A DNA stretch of 64,000 nt, from the NCBI GenBank assembly GCA_002269645.1, contig NIVC01002232.1, positions 124,001 to 188,000 on the forward strand, written 5' to 3'. The notes beneath the pieces were generated by a model. That model saw only the letters and a program-made list of their open reading frames with translations, was not told the DNA's origin and made no database searches. The stretch's first letter is position 1. Each line of letters begins with the position of its first letter. Source of the stretch: Macrostomum lignano. Its lineage: Eukaryota. The position numbers were made by a program, and so were the translations under genes. This document shows positions 51,807-62,072 of this stretch, one piece after another.

Positions 51807-54800
51807 TTACATTGGCTGATGAGGAATAGATCTGATAGGATCTAAATAATATCTTTTATCATCTAACGGACTCATTGTTTGTTTCATAATCTCACGAATA
51901 TATATTTTATTTTTTTCAGATACAGTCATACTTACTCTACCTCTTTGAATATCTTTGTAAACTGTCAATAGTATGTTTTTAAATGTTTCAAACTTTATAT
52001 TTGTACTGCTTTTATCAACTCCCTTGATCTTAACACACTCTCCTGAAACTGTAGTGAAAGCATACTCCTTTGACCGCAGGAATACAGCTTCGGAAATTAT
52101 TGAGCCATTCATTTCATCTTTCAACTTTCCAATGACTTTCTTGTTCGTCTCGGAGTATAGTGGATGCTCTATTGGATAATCCGATGTGTCTAAGTGTTCT
52201 TTAATTTTTTTAAGATCCTGATAAACATCCTGAGTAATCACTGAGAATATTAGCGAATCACAATCAGAATAGTGCAATTGACAGCTGTTCCAATTCTTCT
52301 CAATAACATTGTAATAGCAATCGTACATTAGCATTTTTGCATAATCCAGAATAGCCATTCCTAAATAAATTGGCTTGTCACACGCAATTGTCTTTTTGTA
52401 CATTTGGACACCAACTGCATCCTCACTAAACATAATGAAATCTTTGAAATTTGGTTTGGAAAAATAACGCCTTGCAGTTTTTTCTTCAGCTACAAGATGA
52501 AAGTTCGACCTATTCTTTACATTTTCGATTGTTTTACCGTAGAATGAATTGTTCAGTAGTTTCCACAGGTCTTTCTCAAATTTAGTTTTTGCTTCCATTC
52601 TCCGCCTGGTATTAAATTCGATGTATTTACTCAACCAGTTTGACTCTTTGAATGAAAGAATTCTATAAACTCTCGTAACTCGCATGCCCATCTTCTCATA
52701 AAACTCAAGTAGTCTGTGATGTAAAACATATTTCTCCTTGTTGTAAAATGTCAACATCAACTTGGATTGAACAAACTTTTTCTTTTCGACTTCAAGATAT
52801 TGCTTCTGTATATCAGATAAATCCTCAAACCTAGTTGTTCGTTTCTCAGGAGCCAGTGGATATTTACTTGTAGCTTTCTTACATTCCTCTGTATATTCAA
52901 GGTCAACTTCAAGAAAACAACCCCTGCCATTAGGAATATTCTTGTGATACTCTAGATCATTTTCAAACTTGAAATCTCCCACAGGTAGATTTTTCATCAT
53001 TGCTTCACCATATAAATTATTCTTGTCCAAGTATAGCATGTACGACGATTCAGAATTGCTGTCATAATTTTCTAAATACTTATTGTTCATTTTTTTATAT
53101 CGATCTCCAAGAACTCCAGAGAAACCACCGCGAATACCACTTTCTACCATGGATATCATTTCTTTATCACCAAGTAATTCCAATTCCACATTAGTATATT
53201 TCAACCCACATGCCCAAGATAATCCAGAAAGGGAAAAGCAATACGCAGGATCTATCTTGAAATATTTCAAAAATGTTGATCGAAACTTCTCAAAAGCGTT
53301 GACAAATGAGTAAATCTTTCTAATTACTGCGTTGTATCACTGGGTGGCAAATATTTTATTTCTTCTTTAGAGAGTGTAAATGGTGGTTCCAAAAACCTAG
53401 ATCCATCTAAAAACACAACACCACTGGTATAATTCCCCAACTTAATTGCAACATGGTCTTCCGATGTTTTAGAAATAAAATCCAATATTATTTTTTATTA
53501 TTCATTCGTGTTAATGGAGCTATCAAATAGTTTAGATCTTTTCCAGATTCATTCAGGAGAAACAACGGTACTGTTTGATTCGCCTTGCCCTCTTGGTATT
53601 ACATGATTGACATGCTGCGCCGCGATATTTACCATTGTAGTGATTATGCTCTCGAATTTTTTTACTATCTACAAATGGCCTTGAGCAGAGAAAACATTGT
53701 TCTGCCGCTTTGTAATCAGTCTCTTCGACATCACTTAATCTTGGATGTTTATATCTATCCATTTCATTTTTTATATGCTCAAACTTTTTGATTACGGTTT
53801 CAACGAATGATTCCACTGTAGTATTTGAAATAATATCTGATTTTATAATGTCCTCATAGTCGGAACTAGTAAAAAGTGTCCATTGTGATAGCTCTAGTGA
53901 TTTATCATCCATCGTTACATAATCTAATATTGCATAAAACACAAATGGTTTTCTTACACTCATGTGGTAGTTTTTAAACTTTAATATCCTCTTATCAATC
54001 TTTGGAACTTCAATTGACACTTTGAAGTCAGTACAGATTGCTTTATGATTATCCAGTGCATCCTGGGAGTATTTAACTTGAAGACACTTTCGACAAAGAA
54101 AAACCCTGTTGTAATTTTGGGACGTGAGGAATAAACACAAGTCTGTTATTAAACAATAATGATTTTTGACAAGTAGTAAATCAATAACATTGGGGTTGTC
54201 GTAATCTTCTGTCAGACGAATAGAATATATTGACTCTTTAGTATTTATATCCCTTAATCCAAACACATTTATATGAAGACTGTTCAACTTTTCAATCTCA
54301 GAGATATCTCGAATGTCCACTGGAAATTTAACGTCTCCTAAGTTTATTTCATTTATATACTGTGTATACTTACCAACTCTATATCTATGTTCCTTCACAG
54401 GATGGAGCTTTGCTAAAATAGACCAGAGAAAGCACCTATTGTCTGTAGTGTTCTTAACATTTACTAATGCGTTTGATTTAATTGGAATTGGAATATAAGT
54501 TCCTCCTTTCAACTGATTAATGCCAACAACTTTCAACACAATCTTTACTAACTTAACAAAATAATATCCCGATCCCCTTTCATTAAAACTATCCTTCCAT
54601 CCATCGAATTCATCCAGAACATCCTGAATTGTACTTTCTATACTAGTTTCCACTTGGAGAAGATTTAACAAAGTTCGATACTTTGAATGATATTGGAACT
54701 CAATCCAACTGTCGGTAGTTCCTTTATAAAATTCTGCGACAAAGGAAATTCTGTATTTTATTGAATCTCTAGCCATCAAATATTCGGAAAGAATTGGGGA

Positions 54801-54871
54801 GATTAAACCGCGAATTTCTTCAACGGAGTCGAGATCAATTCATAAGAGGCCGCTGGTATTTTCCTTTCCAT
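51807..54871 (-). CDS. Polinton-type family B DNA polymerase (pPolB) with an endonuclease VII-like zinc insert; split by several frameshifts
   Basis: Polymerase motifs GIRGG, YLDKNNLYGEAM, KLLNNSFYGK and YSDCDS. The N-part has CFLWSIL, HYCLI, CFLC and REHNHYNGKYRGAACQSCN. The true ATG is in TAAAAATG at 54871. Frameshifts near 54840 and across 53270-53600. Confidence 0.88.
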
Positions 54872-54896
54872 TTTTAAGAAAAAAAATTAAACAGAC

Positions 54897-55637
54897 TCAA
54901 GCATAGGGGGGTGCACTTGGAGCATTTGATTGAAGATTGAGTGTTGCCGAGTACTCTTTTGGCTTATCAGCTAGACCCAATTTTTCTCTCAGATCTTTCT
55001 CCAGCAGTTCCTTTTTAACTTTTTCCTTCGCTGAATTATCAAGTCTACTCTCTTTGAGGATTTTATCAACGAATTCCGAATGGTTAACTTCTTCAGGCGC
55101 AACACAGGTGTCTAACAATTGGTCTCTTTTCTCTCTGTATTCTGAATAAATTGCAGCAGCTGCTTGAACCTCTTCAAGAGTTAATCTATAATCATCAACT
55201 GCTTTTTGGGAGTAAATATACAATCTCTCTCTGTATTGATTTGCCAGATCTCTGAGAACAATGTATTTTGCCTTCTGCTTTTGGCAATGCATTTTCACAG
55301 TTGCAAACAACGACGTGGATTTTACAGCTTCAAAACCACTCATTGCCCCGATTACTACTCCAATAACTAAGGGATTCAATGTCAGTATCGATGTTGCTAT
55401 GCCAATTCCTGTAGCAGCCAAGAGACTTACATTTCCTGTCACAATGTTGATCCAATTTATCCTGCTACTTTGTCGTTTGTACTTTTTTACCTTTTTGCTA
55501 TAAATTGTAAGATCTTTAGTAATGCATTCAATACTGCCTTTGATTTCACCCTTTCTCTGATTGAAATAGTCCCGCTCCCTCAAATCTGCTTCATGCAGCT
55601 CAACCACAGGATAGATGTGTTCATTTTTTTCATTCAT
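54897..55637 (-). CDS. Polinton membrane-associated protein (hydrophobic hairpin plus coiled coil)
   Basis: Basic stretch KKVKKYKR followed by two hydrophobic segments (NVSLLAATGIGIATSIL, PLVIGVVIGAMSGF); TAAAAATG start. Confidence 0.65.
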   Translation of the reverse strand: MNEKNEHIYPVVELHEADLRERDYFNQRKGEIKGSIECITKDLTIYSKKVKKYKRQSSRINWINIVTGNVSLLAATGIGIATSILTLNPLVIGVVIGAMSGFEAVKSTSLFATVKMHCQKQKAKYIVLRDLANQYRERLYIYSQKAVDDYRLTLEEVQAAAAIYSEYREKRDQLLDTCVAPEEVNHSEFVDKILKESRLDNSAKEKVKKELLEKDLREKLGLADKPKEYSATLNLQSNAPSAPPYA

Positions 55638-55639
55638 TT

Positions 55640-57048
55640 TTATGTGGCGATTATGTCTAAAATCGGATAAAGTTGAAAGCCTGAAACTATAAGAACAGTT
55701 GATCCTTCAGTGGTTGAATTAATATGCACTCTATAAACAGAGAATTTTTCGGTGGAAGCTACTTCGAAATACTTCATCACTCCAGGAACTAAACCAGCGT
55801 TTTCGGTAGAAAAAATATTCTTAAAGTCTCTCTTGTTATTGCTTCCTTTCAGAATAAAAATTTTTGGTTGATTTTTTATAATTTCACTACCCACTGCTTT
55901 GGTTCCTTTCAACCCGAATTTCCAAATTCGAATGGACTCGGGAAGTTGTACTTCAATGTAAGAATTGGGTTCATTCCTCGATGCCCATTCTGAATTAGAT
56001 ACTACATAACCCCAATTATCTGACGTTTCAAATGCTCCTGATGACGCTACATTGAAACCCCTTTCTCTATAGTTTTGACGTGTTGCTAGTGGGGAATATA
56101 TCCTGTATAAGATTTGAAACCTAGTCCCCGCCTTAGTCGCAGCTCCACTGATTCAAGTGCATTGTCTACGTATAGCTTTGGTACAGCTTGAAGTCTATCT
56201 ATAGGCCACACTAAATCATTAACCACTGTTTGTCTCTCAAGTAATTCAACTTTTGTAAGCTTTACGGAACCAGAAAAATTAAGAGAATAATGGAAATAAT
56301 ATGAGGGATTGGGTATTTTTTTCCTAAGATGTGCATTGCCTCTTCGTAGTTCAATGGGTGCACTTTGTTCAACAGGTGTCCAGTTTGTTCCATTTAGGCT
56401 CACACTAACAGACCAACCAGGCCACACCTCTCCTTCCAACTTTATCTCTACAACTTTCCTAGCTCTTTTCAGAAATTGAACTCGTATCCACTTGTCTGAG
56501 TCATCTACACTGCTCCATTCTGAAGCTGGGTTTGAATCTGCAACATGATATGCTGCTGAAGAGTTATGAGAAGCGGTCACTTTCATGTCAGGATGGGAAG
56601 CGTTTGAAGTCAGTAATGAAAGAATATTGACTAATTTCGAACTCTCTGTACCTCCCGCAGTACCTTGCCTTTCTGCTAACAAAGTGTCAATCTCAGTTTT
56701 AGAATACATCTTAGTGTCAATCTCAGTTTTAGAATACATCTTAGTGTCAATTTCGGTTTTAGAATACATCTTAGTGTCAGTTTCGGTTTTTGTGTAGACA
56801 TTGTTTACGCGCCCATGAGCATCGTCAATTAATTGTAGCATGGTGATATTCATTGCGTCACTATCTTCCTTTGAATAAGAGTCTGAAACATTTCTCTTTG
56901 CTAACAATAAATTATCTATTTCCTCTCTCTTATATCCTTCATTTTCATTGATGTATCGATCATCAGCTAACGCTATTGTTATTCCAGGTGCTATATCATT
57001 TGAATTTGACGAGTAACCAAATTGATTGGCAGTATTCTTGTAACTCAT
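55640..57048 (-). CDS. Fibre/spike-like protein with YSKTEIDT repeats and two discoidin (F5/8 type C)-like domains; one -1 frameshift at 56091-56094
   Basis: Domain 1: VTASH...AYHVAD....EWSS...WIRVQF...VEIKL. Adding one C gives YIPPLATRQ...GFNVASS...SEWASRNEPNSYIEVQLPESIRIWKFGL, continuing in frame into ORF 55912-55640. Confidence 0.7.
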
Positions 57049-57476
57049 TTTAATTGCTGCAAAATTTCATTATAGCTATCTCCTTTATCGATTCGGTGTA
57101 AAAAGTACAGCGACATTTGACCACAAAATTTCTTATCAAAAGTTTGAATTTGTTCTTCCATGTCTCCACATATTCTATTCTTTGTGTGATTAAACTTTTC
57201 CATAATTTCCAGTGTGGGCGGTAGTGCATAGGAATCAAAAAAATAAACCTTATCAGGAGCTGAAAATATAGCTGAATGATGTATACCCCGTTCTTTCGAA
57301 GTGTGAATATTTGTCATAAAGTAACCATACTGTGGTAAATCAACAATTTCATCTCTCATGGCATAGCGAAATGGTTTTAACTTGAGATATTTTGCCCAAT
57401 TTATCAGATCAATATTAGTCGTAGTGTCAGTCCCAAACTTTTGTTTAAATGCATTCCATGTCTCAGCTTCGCTCAT
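57045..57476 (-). CDS. Adenain-like cysteine maturation protease
   Basis: His (GIHHSAI), Asp (YFFDSY) and Gln/Cys (QIQ......CGQMSLYFL) motifs of Polinton proteases. The probable start is the TAAAAATG just inside the annotated ORF. Confidence 0.85.
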   Translation of the reverse strand: MSEAETWNAFKQKFGTDTTTNIDLINWAKYLKLKPFRYAMRDEIVDLPQYGYFMTNIHTSKERGIHHSAIFSAPDKVYFFDSYALPPTLEIMEKFNHTKNRICGDMEEQIQTFDKKFCGQMSLYFLHRIDKGDSYNEILQQLK

Positions 57477-57485
57477 TTTTAACAC

Positions 57486-58275
57486 TCATATTTGTCGTAC
57501 GTGTAGATTTATAAATATTTCCTCGCCATCAAAGTCGTATAGAACACCAGACTCATCTTCGATGACAAAGTCGAATGTGCTCAACATGTTTGTAGTTAGT
57601 GGTAGGTACACAGGATTTGCAGGCTCTTGAATAATTTTACTTCCCATTGGGACAGAGAACGATGGAATTGAAAGAAGTATTTGCTTATCAATTAAATGAT
57701 TTCCATTGGCTGGATCAGTGATAAAACCCCCTTTGATATTGAGACAACGAACCATGATCGCACTTCTAGCTCCGTCTATCCGAGCTGGATTTGGAGCTCT
57801 CTCAAATGGTTTCAAATACACTTCCGAATTGAATCCCAACAGTCTTCTAAAGTTATTGGAATGTGCATCCCTGAAATCAACTTGATACTCTGTGGCTAAC
57901 CGTAACTCAACTCTACGCGTGTCTAGGCTTGCACTGAAAACAATAGCCCCTCTTTCCAATCATTTGCAGCTGTTAGCAATCTTTGAATCTCGCTTGACAG
58001 ACTTTTAACTTCCCAAGATCCTGCTTGAATCTTTATTTTTTCCATGTTCTACCACTATCCCTCGAGTATCGCAACTCATTATTGCCTCCTTCAATATTGT
58101 TAATAGCATCAAAGACTGCAAACTTTTTTATACCAGCTTCGTATTCTCGATCTTCATACAAATTTATAGGAGTGCCTAGAGTTTGTCGAAATGGGTTTTT
58201 AATTGAAAAGAAGTCAAATGTGCGTTGAAACTTTTTACTCAAGAGGATGTTGACTTTTTCTATTTCTTTTTCCAT
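57486..58275 (-). CDS. Minor capsid (penton-like) protein, split by two single-base deletions
   Basis: N-part ...INLYEDREYEAGIKKF...AINNI...NNELRY. Restoring one A (58036-58041) and one G (57947-57950) gives WKKIKIQAGSWEV...DWKEGAIVFSAS, then NFRRLLGF, MVRCLNI and IIQEPANPVYLPL...FVIEDESGVLYDFDGE...LHVR. Confidence 0.75.
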
Positions 58276-58533
58276 TTTTAAGCAAGTAATTCTGCTAGCT
58301 CTTTATCAACATTGTTATGTCCCTCTGCTTTTGCGGCTAGTAATGTCAACACTCTTTCACTGAGTCCAGATCCCGGTTTTACTCGATATCCTGGTGGATT
58401 ATCTTTCAATATCCTTACTGCTTGCTTATAATTCCCACTTGATTTGGCCGCTGGATTTTTACATGTTCAATGAGGTTAACATAATCCTGCAATGTTTGCA
58501 TCTTGAATTGCTTCAGCTCTTCACCATTTTCAG

Positions 58534-59007
58534 TTACTTTAGGCATTTTGAACAACTCTTCAAGATCTTCAGAAAATGGCATTCGAATTCGTTGACAATG
58601 ATGTCTCGACCTTGTTCATGGAATTCAACATCTATTACAGATGATCCAAATATATATCCAGCATCAGTTTTTTGAATCCGTATACTAGGCGCTGGTCTTT
58701 GAGTTATTGGAATCTTTCCAATTTCTTCAATTATTTTGTCAAATACTTCCAGAGGTTCAAATCGTCCTTTTGGTGTACTTGATTGCGGAACTGGAACTTT
58801 TTGATTCTGAAGTTTATCAACAAGGTTGGCATTGACATCAATAAATTCATCGAGCTTTTCTGTGACAGGTTTTTGAGCTAATGGAGCCACTCTTGCATAT
58901 AAACTCTCTTCTCCAATTTTCAAATAGCGTTGAGCATCATTTCTGGATTTGTACGTTTCTCGCTGCTTTGCTAAATTAATGAGTTCTCTTATATATTCAT
59001 TAGTCAT
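58534..59007 (-). CDS. Polinton hypothetical protein; may extend to about 58280 through a frameshift
   Basis: TAAAAATG start and AT-rich viral codon usage, between the ATPase and the minor capsid gene. Confidence 0.55.
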   Translation of the reverse strand: MTNEYIRELINLAKQRETYKSRNDAQRYLKIGEESLYARVAPLAQKPVTEKLDEFIDVNANLVDKLQNQKVPVPQSSTPKGRFEPLEVFDKIIEEIGKIPITQRPAPSIRIQKTDAGYIFGSSVIDVEFHEQGRDIIVNEFECHFLKILKSCSKCLK

Positions 59008-59009
59008 TT

Positions 59010-59783
59010 TTACAATGGGATTTTAGTTAGAACATCCTTATACAAATCTTGCTCATCCTCATCAGCTCTTGTATTTATATAGATATAGCCATACTTCTTT
59101 TTCCAAGCCTCTCTACATTTAGCCTTGAATATAGCGGGTTCATAATTCGTTTCTATATTTCTAGCAATGTGATTCAAGTTTGTATCTTTTTGTTTAAAGA
59201 TTATGTAACATGTCGTATTCTCCCTGACAGTATTGCGATCTAGTTTGGTAAAATTTTGAGCTAGATAAAAACCACAACAGTTTCCATGCCTGCCTCTCTG
59301 AAACAGACTTTCCTGAAATGTTTGATTAGCCTCTCCCAAAACATCGTCCAATATCACACATGTCTTTAGTCCATTATGAAAAATTTCTTCATTTGGAGTA
59401 TGGGAAAGAGTGACAGGAATTTTCTCTATTACTTCTGAATTTTCTGATGTGCTTTGCACTCGACCAGGGTTGGCTGCCTCTCGACAAATATGTCTAATAT
59501 CTTCAGGAGATGCATCCTCACTCACCTGGTAGACATGATAGAGTGAGTTGATAAGAGAAGGTGGGAGACCATTTTCAAAGCCATATTTTAGAAACTGATA
59601 CTCTGGATCCATTTGAGATGCTCTGGGAACATATAAAACTAACTCATTAAAGTCAACTAGTTTTTCAGGACTTGTAAGAATATGGAATAGTAAATATGTT
59701 TTACCCGTATTTGTAGCGCCGATAATACAACATAAAAGAGGATTAGGGAAAATAGGATCATGCTGAAATTTTACTTTGGGCAT
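59010..59783 (-). CDS. A32/FtsK-like packaging ATPase
   Basis: Walker A IIGATNTGKT, Walker B VILDD, and FQRGRH...YLAQ...VRENT motifs. Confidence 0.92.
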   Translation of the reverse strand: MPKVKFQHDPIFPNPLLCCIIGATNTGKTYLLFHILTSPEKLVDFNELVLYVPRASQMDPEYQFLKYGFENGLPPSLINSLYHVYQVSEDASPEDIRHICREAANPGRVQSTSENSEVIEKIPVTLSHTPNEEIFHNGLKTCVILDDVLGEANQTFQESLFQRGRHGNCCGFYLAQNFTKLDRNTVRENTTCYIIFKQKDTNLNHIARNIETNYEPAIFKAKCREAWKKKYGYIYINTRADEDEQDLYKDVLTKIPL

Positions 59784-59804
59784 TTAAAAAAAGAAAAAAT
59801 GACC

Positions 59805-61169
59805 TTATTCGACGCGGGTCATTTGATATTCACTGGTAACTTTTATTACATTCTTTGTTTGTTCAAGAATTAGTGCAAAAGCAGTCAGCTCAACATTTGT
59901 TGACTTCTTGATAAATAATTGAATATTCACTCCACTCTTGACCAGAAACTCATCTTGAGCTGTTAGATCAAAGCAAAAGATTGGATAGATGGTTAGAAAG
60001 TCTTGTTTATTGAATGGAGGAGTTACACCGAAACGGCTGCAGATGTCTTCGTACATTTCATACGCTCTGTGAATGTCTTGAGCTACTGGATCAATTTCAA
60101 CATAATCATTCGGATACATCACCTGATTTAATCTGACTTGAAGCTGGGTTATTTTCACTGCATTTGCTCCAGTTTTGTAAGACACATACTTGTGATCATT
60201 AACTATATATGATGGGTTGTTTACGTCATATTTGAAAGCTACAAAGATTGCAAGTGGCATATTGGAGATGTTGGCTATGTTCCATGTATATGGACTTCCT
60301 TGAATGAGTTGTGGTGGAACCGTTACCCTCTCTGGAAATGATACTGTAATGTCCTTGTTGAGTGATTTTAGAAAAGCTGCTTCAGCACTGGGTGACAAAG
60401 TAATAGCAGGGATCCAAATCTCAAAGCTATTAATAGTTAACTTAGCTTCCGTCCCGGCAGCTCCAAAGAAAATTTCAGCATCGTTAGTCTTTCTTGTCCA
60501 TGTGAATTTATATTTAATTCCTTTGCTAATCTTCTGCCAATCAAGGAACCCAATGAGAGGTGTTAATGATAGTTTGATTGTTCCACCTCTGTTTGGAGCA
60601 TTAGTGACATTGTTATAATTTTCAAGCCTCCTAATGTATCCAGTATTCGAATCCTTCTTATTGAGTCTATTTTTCATAGCGATTGCTGCAGTTCTCACAG
60701 CTTCAGCATCTGCGTTGTTTGCTAGAGGTATATCAGAAACAGTCCCAGCATCTCCAGTGTCTGGAATCCATCCGTATGCTTCTCCAACTTCATTCATTAA
60801 TTTTGAGTACATTACGGACTTTAAGATTGTGTCATACTCTCCAGGATCATTATAGACTTTCTTTGTTCCTCCAATGTCAACTATGAGTTGAGAGAAAAGT
60901 CTCATAGGCCAATTATGTTCTAGAGTAATGTTCGTATTCAAGTCGGTGTTATCTCGTTGTGTTATTGAGTATTTTATACAACCGAATGCCTCTGACATGA
61001 GAATGTATGACTCTGTTGAATTGACTTCATGAACTATTTGACCTCCTGCAACATTGAGATTATTAGTGCTACCTGGAGTTGGAGAAATCTTAATATAGTC
61101 TTCTTTCTTTTTGAAAAAGCTAAAAGTTTTGTCCTCATATATGCTCAGTATATCCTTTTTGTTCTCCAT
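59805..61169 (-). CDS. Major capsid protein (double jelly-roll type), 454 aa, intact
   Basis: Size and position next to the ATPase; beta-rich pattern with Polinton MCP-like motifs (NNLN..G.QIV, RLFSQLIV.IGG, QVRLNQVMYP, PIFCFDLT). The fold is inferred, not demonstrated. Confidence 0.82.
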   Translation of the reverse strand: MENKKDILSIYEDKTFSFFKKKEDYIKISPTPGSTNNLNVAGGQIVHEVNSTESYILMSEAFGCIKYSITQRDNTDLNTNITLEHNWPMRLFSQLIVDIGGTKKVYNDPGEYDTILKSVMYSKLMNEVGEAYGWIPDTGDAGTVSDIPLANNADAEAVRTAAIAMKNRLNKKDSNTGYIRRLENYNNVTNAPNRGGTIKLSLTPLIGFLDWQKISKGIKYKFTWTRKTNDAEIFFGAAGTEAKLTINSFEIWIPAITLSPSAEAAFLKSLNKDITVSFPERVTVPPQLIQGSPYTWNIANISNMPLAIFVAFKYDVNNPSYIVNDHKYVSYKTGANAVKITQLQVRLNQVMYPNDYVEIDPVAQDIHRAYEMYEDICSRFGVTPPFNKQDFLTIYPIFCFDLTAQDEFLVKSGVNIQLFIKKSTNVELTAFALILEQTKNVIKVTSEYQMTRVE

Positions 61170-61212
61170 TTTTATAAGAGAAATTTCAACTAAGCTTCAT
61201 GAGGTCTAAGAA

Positions 61213-61641
61213 TTATCCCATTACCCTGTTTCTCCTTTTCAACTTTAAAGTCTTTAGCAGCCACTTGACTGCTTCGCTGGGTACTTGTTCGACTCTTTTA
61301 GCCGCATCAACTAATACTCCACTCCCTTGAGCCTTTTTCAACTCTTCTAGTTTTTGCCGTTCAATGCTTTCTATTGTCTTATTATGTTTAGCATTGTTGG
61401 CTGTATTAACACTTTTTGCAATCATTGTACCAACTCCTGAGGCTGCTCCGATACCACCCAAAATTGCTGGTAGTAAGCCTAATAGAGGAATTATTCCACC
61501 TTCATGTTCTTTCTGTTTCTCTTGCAATTCTCGAATCTTCTCTTTAGAAAGATATTGCTTTTGCTTATTTACAGTAACATATCTTGGTTTTCCCTCTCGA
61601 ACATATCGATTGAGTCTTGCTTCAGTGTTTTTCTCGCTCAT
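61213..61641 (-). CDS. Small virion/core-type protein with amphipathic GGIIPLLGLLPAILGGIGAASGVG segment
   Basis: Basic N-terminus plus the GG-(F/I)-(L/I)-P-L motif recurrent in small Polinton proteins; TAAAAATG start. Confidence 0.65.
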   Translation of the reverse strand: MSEKNTEARLNRYVREGKPRYVTVNKQKQYLSKEKIRELQEKQKEHEGGIIPLLGLLPAILGGIGAASGVGTMIAKSVNTANNAKHNKTIESIERQKLEELKKAQGSGVLVDAAKRVEQVPSEAVKWLLKTLKLKRRNRVMG

Positions 61642-61649
61642 TTTTAAGG

Positions 61650-62072
61650 TCAGAATTTCTTCAAACCATTGCCTTGTCTCAAAGACACTTGAGACTGTTC
61701 TGCTGTTCCTAGAGCCTTTTTAACAATATCTTGAATAGCCTTATTTGATTGAGAAGCTATCTGTTGCTCTTCTTCCATTCTTTTCTTTGCTTCTTTATCT
61801 CTACGTTTCTTTTTAATATATTCCAGTTCCTCACCTGCTTTAGACATGTCACTGTATGATTTCTTCGCATCGAATATGTTCTTCGCTGTGGTAGCTGTTT
61901 TACCTATTGCATCAGCTCCACTCACAATTTTACTTCCATGATTTGATAAAAAGTTTGTGACACCACTGATCATATCACCAATTCCTTCACCCTCTTTATC
62001 AGCTAGTAGTTGTGAATCAGACGTTTCAATCTGACCTTTCGCCCGTTTGCAGTTTGTTCGATAGGCGCTCAT
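61650..62072 (-). CDS. Small Polinton protein with GEGIGDMISGVTNFL amphipathic helix and coiled coil
   Basis: The true start MSAYRTN follows TAAAAATG near 62072; GxG motifs and a C-terminal QGNGLKKF. Confidence 0.6.
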   Translation of the reverse strand: MSAYRTNCKRAKGQIETSDSQLLADKEGEGIGDMISGVTNFLSNHGSKIVSGADAIGKTATTAKNIFDAKKSYSDMSKAGEELEYIKKKRRDKEAKKRMEEEQQIASQSNKAIQDIVKKALGTAEQSQVSLRQGNGLKKF

